A DNA stretch of 64,000 nt from Ramazzottius varieornatus (lineage: Eukaryota; Animalia; Tardigrada), in assembly GCA_001949185.1 (NCBI GenBank), contig BDGG01000002.1:5446448-5510447 (forward strand), written 5' to 3'. Positions 53,700 to 64,000 of the stretch are shown here, piece by piece. The notes under the pieces were generated by a model. It saw nothing but the letters and a program-made list of their open reading frames with translations, was not told where the DNA came from and did no database searches. The translations under genes and the position numbers were made by a program. Numbering within the stretch: position 1 is the first letter of the stretch; each line of letters starts with the position of its first letter.

Positions 53700-53741
53700 T
53701 CAGTACTATCTTCCTCTCTGTCAGTACTATCTTCCTCTCTG
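53700..53741 (+). repeat. 21-bp tandem duplication
   Basis: TCAGTACTATCTTCCTCTCTG x2. Confidence 0.9.
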
Positions 53742-54483
53742 TGCAACATTGCCTACATTCTCCTCGATCATGTTTCCCGCCGATGAGCAAATTTCATTTC
53801 ATTCGTTTTGTTTCTCTTGTCGCTACACGAGCATTTCTTCGATCGGGTTTAACTTGACGTCGCAATCCGATGCGCATCCCGTCGCAGTCCGATGTTCCTG
53901 TTCGTCGGACTATAATTGTAAATCGCCGGTTGGACTTTAACTTGCCATTGTCCATCTGCTATCGGTTTATCTTCTATCCTTGCCTTCCGATCTTGGTCTT
54001 TCTCGGTCGCGTCTTCTGATCCACCATGGCTGGACGCCACTGGCTTCGTAACAAGACAAAGAAGGAAACCCCAGCTTCCCCACGTCAACACGCCCGCCGC
54101 AACGCCAAAGTCGCCGACGATGCCGTTTCGGAAACCTCCGATCAGACAAAGTACGATCTCGACTACGAAACTGTTTCGAAAGACGAATTAGGAGTTTCCG
54201 ATCTACAGTGCCCGTCAGTTTCTTCCCACAAACCCAAAAGCTCCCCTCCTCCTACCAACGATCACCATCCCTTTGAGCCTCTCATGGCACAGTCCGACGC
54301 CATCGCCAAAACACTCGAACGAGCATTGGCAGCCACTAATGCTAACCGGGACCGCATCCAACGCGATCTGTCCACCGTCTCTCGCCCTCCCGTCCGTCCG
54401 TCGTGCGCACCTTTCAAGGTGGCAGCTCAGGCTTGCCATCGGCATCCATCGATCTTCTGCCTGTTCATCACAAATTCCAGAAC

Positions 54484-54571
54484 GGCTCAACAAGATAGTG
54501 ATGCACGCTTCGAGCCGGTTACGCTGAAACCGCGCCACTTAGAAACAGTTCAAGTTTCTGTGTCGAGCTCC
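54484..54571. repeat. Palindromic element family A, copy 10, degraded, apparently intergenic
   Basis: GGCTCAACAAGATAGTGATGCAC - about 23-24 nt - CGCGCCACTTAGAAACAGTTCAAGTTTCTGTGTCGAGCTCC. Confidence 0.65.
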
Positions 54572-55503
54572 CATACAGTGAGAACATTACACCAAATTTG
54601 ACCAAATGTCGCAAAAAGCGGGCATTTCGCTATGAAACCTTCGACATGGAATTCCAAGTTGCCGCTTATTTTCAATATTTCGAGTCGGAATTCCAGCATT
54701 TCAAATTTTAAGCGGGCTCAGCCGGAAAGGACCGAAATTCCTATTCTCCAGGCGGAATTAGGAACGGAAAACAAGATGCCCATCTTCCGTTGCAAGAACA
54801 ATTTCGGTCGCGGAATTTTTCATCAGTTTCCCGATCCTCCAGAAATCTCGCTTCACCGTGCAGTGTGAGCAACGCTTTCCACACGTGTCAAAATTTAATC
54901 AGCTATTGTGTCGACAATACTGCTGTACATACCACATTGAACAATTAAAAATCGACGTACACCAGGGAGCGCAGCAGCATGTCTGGCAGCTCTGGCTGAC
55001 CCGATGACTTCTCATCTTGTTTGGTCCTCTATCAGCGATAGTACTGAAACCCGTATAAGAGTCGCAAACGCTCGGTACGACATAGACTAGGTACGATGCC
55101 TGGAACGACGTACCGCCATCCTACATGCAGGTGCGGCTTTCACGCGATTAGGGTGGTCAGAATGGCCTCCGCTCCAAGTTTAGTGGTGGACGTACAGCCA
55201 ACAGTGCGAGTTGGACGATACCCTAATACATGTCCTGAGATCGGCCCGACGCCTGCAGTCCTAGAAATACGGAAAGTCTAGGGACGTCCGCATGGATGAC
55301 GCGAACTCTGTGGAAGTATGGTGAGGAGATAGTTTGAAATGTCAGGGTGGTGGACACTTAATGTTCCACGTATTTCGCCGTGTCAACAGGTGGACATACG
55401 AACTTGAGCAAGGTTTCCACGGCTTGGCTGCTGACCGATTTTGCTGGATAGGATCCCCTCGTGTAACTCGTGTCTGAGAAACTGAGAATGCCACTCCACA
55501 GTA

Positions 55504-55707
55504 GTAGAGTGGATTAGACCAAGCACTGGTCGAATCGATTAATCTATTTGGTTCGACCTTAGGTTCAGATTCAGGTTTTACATGTTGGTTCGACCAATTG
55601 GTCGATACACACGGCGGATTTTGGACCAAAGGTCAAAACCAAACCGACCAAAGGTCGAACCAAATGAGCCAACTGGTTCGACCAAAGCTTGGTGTAATCC
55701 GCTCTAC
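55504..55707. mobile_element. About 205-bp foldback MITE (family C) with about 60-bp arms rich in GGTTCGACC/GGTCGAACC
   Basis: GTAGAGTGGATTAGACCAAGCACTGGTCGAATC...TTTGGTTCGACCTT vs AAGGTCGAACCAAA...GGTTCGACCAAAGCTTGGTGTAATCCGCTCTAC. Confidence 0.82.
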
Positions 55708-55748
55708 ACAAGAACTACACTCCGCTCGCTTGGAATCGCTACAGATTT

Positions 55749-55775
55749 TTTCGGTTTCGGTTTCGGTTTCGGTTT
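55749..55775 (+). repeat. (TTTCGG)n microsatellite
   Basis: tttcggtttcggtttcggtttcggttt. Confidence 0.9.
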
Positions 55776-58700
55776 AAGGCCTGCGAAACAAACGCCACAT
55801 ACCATGTCAGGCCAAAGACCTAAATCAGATAACAGTATGATAACACGTGCATTACACCGGTCAGTTGAGTCTCAACTGACCCTGATTACACTATGCTTTG
55901 ACTGATGTGGGCGTAGCGAGCAGTATTGTTAACATCGAATGAATTTTGTGTTTTGAAAGCGTACGAATGTGCACGGATTTCGAGCGAGTGGACTGTATCA
56001 GAATTCGCAGAGGGTTGGATGGTTAGTTCATAATAGTCAACTTCGTCACCATTTATATTTTGCGGAGGGTTCCCCTCCGGTATTGTGTCCACCGGAAGTT
56101 CGAATTTAAGTGAGCAGCTTTGCTCGATCTTCGAAAGAGCTGCTCCGTGGCCTCTGTCTGCTAGGGTCTGGATTTCTGCAATCCATACTACGATAAAACT
56201 GGCAAGCCTGCTTGATGTCTGGCCAATTAAGAAGTCGGCTGCGGGAATCGCTTTTCGAAATTTCGACTCCAGTGATGAGAGCTTTTCCTGCGCTGCGCTC
56301 AGGCCCCAGACGCGTCTGCTTATTACTAAGTCCAGAAAGCTGCGGGGTATCTGAAGCTCTAGTTTTCTGCTTGGTTGGAATAGCGAAACTAGCCCGCGTG
56401 CAGTAGTATGAACATCGGAGGATGTATTGTACGTTTCTGAGACTGATCTCGTACAACTGGCTACAAGTCAGGACCGTCCGACTTGAGTCTGCTGGAACAT
56501 ACGTCCTTCATGTCCATTATACAGCCTGAATATCGCACCTGATATTTGGTGTCTTCTTGTCTTCCGGCAGGAAGAGTATTGGTCCGTGTACCATCGTATA
56601 TTCTGCCAAATGATTCCGAGGTAGTTCTCGGATACAAGGCCATGGGATCATTCCGTATTTGCGATTGCTCAGTAGAGCTCCATACAGCCGCACAGTCAAC
56701 GTCCTGGAAAGTTGCCATCAGGTGCAATGTATAGCCGAGATCGGAACAGAAATGGTGATCCATTATCCCTGGAGTTTCTATCCAACATAACAGGACGGGG
56801 ACCTCCAGACTGAACGTTTGGACGTGTCAATGGCATGGTTTTCACCTACTAACCCACAAGAGATCGCTTATGAAACAGCTGACTCTGCTGCGGCAAGCAC
56901 GCAGGTTGGACAACCATGCAGTTAATTCATCGTATGCCGCGGTACAGCTTGATTGACGATGTTTGTTGACTGGCGGCAGTATTTGATGATGGTGATCTAT
57001 GCTTCTATGAGGTGGACATAGGATTTACTTAATCATGGATGCAGGTTGAAGGTCCAAGGTGCGCTGCTCGGGATGGACCATCGCTCCAGCGCCGGATGGA
57101 GCACTTGACGGCTCCTCGAGCCGGCGTTTTCAGGATTTGCGGGTTCTGCATACGTGGCGGAAGTGGCGCCGGGTCCATAGGCGACCTCGCTGTTTCGGCG
57201 AATCTGGCGCGGGATTTGTAAAAGAATAAGGAACACGTAGCTGTTTTCTTTTCCACGTATAATGTCACTACGTGTCCGCCCGGATTCCCTTCAAAAAGTG
57301 GATTTTCACTTTTCAGGTTTTACTGCTGACTGCCGCAGTTCGTACAGTTGGTTCGCCAAGGTCTCTCCCATACAGACGGCGCACGCGAGTGCTGGCACTG
57401 CTGCGGCAGACACAAGCAATGTTCATTTGACTCATGGATCTCATCGGGCGGACAATACGCCAATACGGGAAGCCTAGTCTCCCGCCTTTGAACTGCGGAC
57501 TCCGGACATCAATTTCCCGGAACTCGAAGAGGGCACTTCGTGAAATGCCGTCTTCGAGAAAACCAACATCGGACAGTAGAGCACAAGAAAAAGGGACTGA
57601 AAACGTGGGGTAACTAAGGGGTCTTGACTGCACGCGCCTTAGACAAAGAGGTACTGTTTTCCATTTTGTGTGATCCTGTTGAGTTTTTAGGGGCAATAAA
57701 CAAACTTGCTCGTTTTGTTTAGAATATCGGCGCACTTAGGTTTGTTCTTCAGCAACCTCATCCCTAGGAGTCAGCTGCAGGTGAAGAACGCTGCTCCTAC
57801 TCTGCTTGAGTACTGATGGCCGCACTGGCAGCACCGTTCGGACATCCCGTCGCGCAGCTGAAAATTATGGACAAAGTGAAACATGCCCTTCAACGAGCCA
57901 CGGTCCTTCCGGAGAACCAAGAGAAGCACAAACGCATTGGTGAACATTGTAAGCCAGAATTTCTCCCACCTTTTATGAAACTGATATATTGTTAAATGTT
58001 AATCTCTGGGGCTCCGCATGTCCCTCGAGCTGGCGAGTATCGCGGTTCGAGACCCAAAAGTCAGAGAAAGAGCATGAGGGAACAGTTCCAGATCTTCTCG
58101 TTTCATGCGACTGACCGCAGAATATGTTGCGGACAAACTGTCGAATGAAGAGTTTCGCTAGTTTACGTGTTGGGTTTTGTGGAGCTTGCTCCGTTCGTAG
58201 ATTCTCACGATGGTCAAAGCGTATCCAAAAAGAGTAGCTGTCCAACCGGAGATCGGAAAGTGTAGCTTGTTGCTATTGTCAAGCAGATTGCACGTTGTAA
58301 GGCCCGGTGAACCTCTTCAACGACCTGGCAAACACGCCACACAATGTGGACCTTCGTAGCTTGGCCGCTGACATCAACGTCGTACTGCGATCGCTGGAAA
58401 CGCAGACTCTGCCTTGATAGTACCGGTGCAGGGACGTTCCACGCTCTACGTGCATCAGGCCATTCGTTTGTCCTGGAAGGACCTGGAAGTGTCCTGTTCG
58501 AGCTAAACGCCGGCGGCCTGGTTCAGTCGGCTCGGAACTGCAGAATGGATCAGCCGGGATCCGACAACTTCCTCCTCCACTAGCTATCTTCTCCAGCTAT
58601 CGTCTCTCGTCAAGACCTCTAGTCGCCGCTGACGAAACACCTCTTACTAAACCGGCGGCAGTCTATAGACAGGGTGCGTACAATTATCCCAGTTGTTAAA

Positions 58701-59639
58701 TAGAACTGTTCACTTCTGCTTGCGGACAGGAGATAATGTATTCGGAGTGGAAAGCTATCTCGATTTGCGCTTCTCCATGTGCATGCATGGTTCTCCACAA
58801 GCGCTAGACAAGACCGAGGTCGGGGAACCCGGAACATTAACTAATGAAGCGTGGAGGGAGAACTTGTGACGGGTGTTGTTCCCTCACTAAAGCTTTCCCA
58901 AATCAAGACCTGACCCCGGTCACCCGTAATCCTTCACTCTGCGGGTGCGATTCAACGTACTAATGAACCATAGTCTTGTTCATTAAAATCTAATCGATCT
59001 AATCTGCAAGCGTCATAACAACCAGTCCCCCATCCCTGACTAGCAGCCCACTCACAGCATGACGATATAACCAAGGCCTGAACCTACTGGATATTAATGG
59101 TACAGTGACCTGTTTTGGGATTTGTGGCGAGCAGCTATAACCTTCAGTTTTGTGTACGATACGGGAAGATACGTGACAATGATGTGCTAACTACGTGTTT
59201 GTAGCTCAGGATGATCGTATAGGCTAATCAGTGCTGTTGACGCTGGGGCTCAGGAAACGGGAAGCGGATGCCGACGCCTGGTCCCGCCTGAACATCAAGG
59301 TAAACAAAGTGTCACAACAAGGTCCGCGAAAAAACAAGTGGGCTCTCGCAAATTGCGACTCGGAGAAGGTAGTTTAGATTGGGCTGATGAGACTTTTGAC
59401 AGACATATGTGGGTCCATTGGAACGAAGCTAGACATGCACAGGAAGGGATGGAGCCCAGTCTCGGCCAAAGACCTATGAAGCTGATGGAACTTTATAACG
59501 TACTGTAGGAGTTCTTCTTTTGACATTCAAATTGCGGCACATGATGGGTAGTAGTCAAATTATGGCACTCTTATCACGCTCTGCACATCCTTGATGGACG
59601 AGGCTTTATAGAGCTTTTACGATAATGAGGCGAATAAGG

Positions 59640-59990
59640 TTAATCCGGCTGCGAATCTTTCCGGCCTTGTTATTGATTGCGATGGTGCTGCGTCGTATAA
59701 AGCGTTGTTTATGACAGGCCACAACTGCTTGTAAGGATGGGATTACATTACGACAGTGAAGTCATGGTTGGACATGATGGATTTTGGGATGTGGATAATC
59801 GCGGTTCACCCGCTGCTAACGCCGGGTGAATTCGTGCGTGACCAGCTCCCATTTTCAACCACAAATGGCCATATTTAACAGCAATATTAGCTGGCAATAT
59901 CATTTCATACTGTATGCTGTGAACCATACCCATGCATGTTTGGCGGCATATAGAGTAGGCAAGTTAATAACCACGTATCCTATCAAAGCG
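59640..59990 (+). pseudogene. Possible degraded CACTA/EnSpm-like transposase relic
   Basis: Translated fragments LVIDCDGAASYKALFMTGHNCL*GWDY and AVNHTHACL loosely resemble the D.PA...GHN...GC and VDYMH motifs. Stops present; weak. Confidence 0.3.
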
Positions 59991-62012
59991 TCATCTTGCA
60001 GCAGTTTACATTCTACAGAAGTGTGATGAAGTCACGGGAAGGTTATTGACAATTTTCCGCTACACTTGACCGAGCCGGCGATATCGCGGCCATAATTACT
60101 GGGCTTTTGTGCTTGGCCATGTTGGCTGGGCCTACCATGCAAATAACCCTGATTATGGGATGATAAAATGAAAGATGTAGGAAATTGAATTCTTGCCCAT
60201 GCAGCCGATCTTCTGCTTCATACAAAGCGTTGACCGCCTGTTCGCATCCTCCCACTTTACATATACCACCACCGACCGGCTGTCTCCTCGCATTTCTTGC
60301 CTTTAATTATCCTGTAGTTTCCACTCTATTCATGTTTGTTGCGGTCGACTGCGTCTTTAACGATCATCGAAACCTGTGGCATTCATCGGACATCGTAGTT
60401 CTTGTCAGTCCTCTTTTGATCCCTGGTGGGATTGAAAAGTCTCTTCACACTGAATATCCTTAGGCAAAATCCAAATTAACTCTTCTTTTAACTCTTGTTC
60501 AACAGCTTTTGGACAAAATTAAAATGCGAGAGGCTTCTGTCCAGGTCAACGTCTCTGATAAGCCAAATTAAAGCTACTCAGCGTCAACGAAAAAAATCTC
60601 GGTTTCAGCAAACGTATCTATAAACAAGAAGAAACTGTATATATATTAACAGTTCAAAATACGTTCGTCAAGTACTCGACTGTTGATGGTACGTACGTGA
60701 TGCGCAGTAAATGCAAATGAAATTTGGAGTTCCCACGTTGCCACGCCATATCGTACAGGTATTAATTTATTTCACGAAAAATATGCACGTTTGATCCTCG
60801 ATCTTTTTGTTGCTTTATTTGCTGATGTGACCTCTTCGAGAATATTTTCGAATCCAACAGCTGAATACGGAGTAGGAAGGCGGAAATCGTACCAAGTGGT
60901 TGGTTTCAAATCGCGTTATCTTCCCACTGTACGACGTACTATACTGCCACAGTGCAGTATACATAACTTCGTTCTGCTCTGTGGTACAGTGTGTGCTTAT
61001 TGATGGAAGACCGCCTACGCTTCCCAATCAATCAGCAGAGCGAGTTATATTGCCCACTGTCCACTTCACACTTGACTTCAGCACTGTATAGACCAGTAGA
61101 ATATTTCTAGCGCTTCCAACAGTCGAACTGGTGTAGCGATTCTTGCACAAGTTCAATCGATTATAATCGGAGCCAACTCTAACTTTTGCATAATCATCCT
61201 CCTTTTTACATGAGAGTCTTCTTTTTTCGGGCTCCACGTTTTCACTATCCCACCTGTAATACGTTCTTTCTTTCTAGTGGTCGGTGTTTGGGCATTTACG
61301 GAGTACACGGATGAACATTCCGGTCAAGTCGAGGAAGAATGCAACTTTGATTCTGGGTCAACAGTTGGACCCACAAATTTCCTGTTGTTGATGGTGGCTA
61401 TAAGGACAATTACCATCTGATCGCACTGATTTTATTACATGGGAATAAGTATGGCCTGCCTGCAATCCCATCTCTTTTTGCTTTAAAAACAGACCACGTC
61501 CGCCGTACAGTTGCTGGTAAGTGTCAGGCGGAAGTTCGATCGCTCCCTAAAGGACCGTAACGATATATACAGTAACAGTGTCCTCTGCAACACTGCCTTT
61601 TCCTTGTTAGATCTACTCAAAATCCCGACCAGCCTCTCGTCTCTATGAGGGCAAAGTCTGGAAGAATACATAGTGTAGGGTACAGCTTTGATCATTGGTG
61701 TGACTGGAAAGAGTGAGGCCCGCATTGTGTGGATAAAGTAAACGAAGCCACAAACTGCTCCTTTTTCTCTTAATCAATATACGCGCACTAACTTTTTATG
61801 GACTGATGTCTGATGATCTACATCTCGGGGCCCTGCTTTACTGGCATATGCAGATGAACTGTCATTGCATGCAAGATGGTCTTGTTGGATGTATCTTTGT
61901 TCCTTCAAGTTTACTTCTGGAGTTTACTGCTCAAACATGCTTCATGTTCTTCCTTGTAGACTGCATTTCATCAAGCGTATGCAGGCACTTCCTGTTGTCG
62001 TAATTAACTGCA

Positions 62013-62418
62013 ATGGAGGATATTGACTGTGACACATGGCCGGATTCCCCGCAATGCCAGTTCTTCCTCAGTCTGGAGGATGACGAAGCACCGCCGGAAT
62101 TCATCCGCCCTCCTCCACCTTTCCTTTGTGATAGCGCCTTTGAAAAACAGCTTTCCTGCTCTAACGAAGTGTCATTTCCGTTCTCCATCAACGCCGATGG
62201 GTCGCCAGCGGAAACCACACTGATTGTCATCGTTGTTTGCACGGCCATTGTTGGAATACTCTTTCTGATTTCCGGTGCCTTGATATGGAGGTATGTCAGG
62301 GTCTTTACCGCATTGTCCTCACACCAAATTGATATTATGTAAACTAATGGCACATATTTCAAACTCAGACATAAAGAACACTATCAAAACAATACAGGGA
62401 AACGAATGTTGCTTGATA
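62013..62418 (+). CDS. Uncharacterised single-pass membrane protein (first exons)
   Basis: Acidic/Pro/Cys N-terminus (EFIRPPPPFLC), TM LIVIVVCTAIVGILFLISGALIW, donor GAG|GTATGT at 62291, next exon from about 62370. 3' end not resolved. Confidence 0.6.
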
Positions 62419-64000
62419 CGTATGACGTGCATTTCGGAGCTTGCACTATAAACTGAAACTACTTATTTTATGTTTTTTTCACTTCCGGGTCTGGGTTGAC
62501 GGAAGGTTCGTCCGTCAAAACTTGTATTAATACCATTGTGCCTTGAACAGCTAATTCCATGTAAACTATGGAGCATATGCTCAGGTAATCTACACCGGGT
62601 TTCCAATTTCAGCCGAGGTCTAACTTAAGAGACGGTAAGGAATGATTTCTACAACAGGAAAGTGTACTCTACTTGGTCGAAAGAATGTCACAGAGAAGTT
62701 AAACAAACTTGTCAAGGAGTTTTTGTGTGCTGTGTTGATGTTTTCCATCTTATCTTGAGTGGGCGCCTTTGTTACAGAAAGGCGTTTTACTTGGATACTT
62801 GAATGCTCAAAGGGGAAGTGAACCTCGGCATCATGTTTCTCTTGAAGCTGGCTTTACCTCAAGGCGTTACTTTTCGTTCGTTCCTCGCAGAGTTCAGTCT
62901 GTGCTTGACACTGTTAATCCGGCCCAGCCTCAAGGTAGAGCTTGTCACGGTAATTTTCATGGGCCTAATCCTTTTTTGCGCCCTCGTGCTTGACTGCCCT
63001 GTTGTTTTTACCCAGCAAAGAAACGAGAGGTTACACATGTCTCCAGCCAAGATAATTGCCCTCAAAGACGATAACGACCCGCCGTTTGGTCGCATGCAGT
63101 CGCACCTGTCATCTTTGGCATAAAAGCCCTGCACTTTTCTGCCCCACTAGAGAGCTCTTCTTGAGAGCAACGAAAGATAATCTGGATTGCACAAAGGACA
63201 TCATTACACGCCCAGTGGAAAATTGGCTCGATTCATCTTGGGACGAGCAGCAGCCGGTCAACAGAAGCCCTTTCCTCACCGGTGTCGCTGTCACGCTTCC
63301 TCCCCAAACGAAGCGCAAAGTGCAATGTAGACAGGGCCTTTTTGAAGCAAGTGTGACACACGAGAAAGTAAAACGAAGCTCTGACCAGTGCTTACTTTCA
63401 TAACATTCAACAACTGTACAGCCACGCTGCACGCATATGTCAATCACGGCTTTTGATGCGCAGGCTCCATGTCAAAAGCATTCTGCCCAGATCCCCGTCA
63501 AGCTCAACAAAAAGAATCTCAAGTGTCTCCAAGGCCTCTTTCTAATCCGAAAATTCATCTGTCCTTGTACGCCGAAACCACACCTGCATAATATTGTTGA
63601 TATGTTCGGCAAAATATTTTCTGCGAATGAAACATTTCGAACCAGGACGCAAAAGGGTCCCTGCGTGGGAGGAAGGAATCTGACAATCCTTTCGGACAGC
63701 CATGTACTTTAGGCTGATGAGATACAATTGGGCTTTGGCTGAAGTTCATCTTGACCGATATGCTTCCGAAAAGAGCTTCTGTTCAGGGGATCGGAGAATG
63801 TATCAGTGTATTGAAGCGGCTTACTTTCAGCTACTTATCGATCGTAGGAAAGAACGTTATGGTCAACAGAAGACAATTCGCCTGTTGTCAGATACTATGT
63901 AAATGGATAAAAGGCTTTATGGACAGGTCAGTGAGGGGAAAGCACAAGAGGCTCGGCCTTTGGGAGAAGATGCCTTAGGAGGATTATTGTTATGGATATA

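Noticed and set aside
54026-54601. 191-aa ORF as a host gene or gag protein
   Set aside because: No recognisable domain, and it runs through a degraded repeat. Possibly a TE remnant, but unsupported.

Overview
Gene-dense eukaryotic (invertebrate-like) DNA with short spliceosomal introns, mostly about 55-90 nt. A tardigrade-type compact genome is plausible, but that is inference only. Recognisable genes: striatin (-, runs off the left edge), an LRR-Roc-COR (ROCO) protein ending in a CaaX box (+), DLD (-), MCM2 (+), PFAS (+), an AidB/ACDH-11-type acyl-CoA dehydrogenase (-), an intronless WH1-like/CRIB protein (+), an SLC22 transporter (+), ABCB7 (+), POLD2 (+), an intronless rhodopsin-type GPCR (+) and a PHD-JmjC KDM7-type demethylase (-). 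There are also a few orphan genes and a transposon-rich, gene-poor right end (52-62 kb). The main unexplained signal is a family of about 120-bp palindromic elements with at least 10 copies, 9 of them inside introns of conserved genes. Their inverted CAAGTGGCGCAC cores are separated by a spacer that varies in sequence but is exactly 25 bp in 8 copies, and the two arms co-vary within copies. Several other unrelated foldback/MITE families are present. Exon boundaries were read by eye and are approximate where stated.
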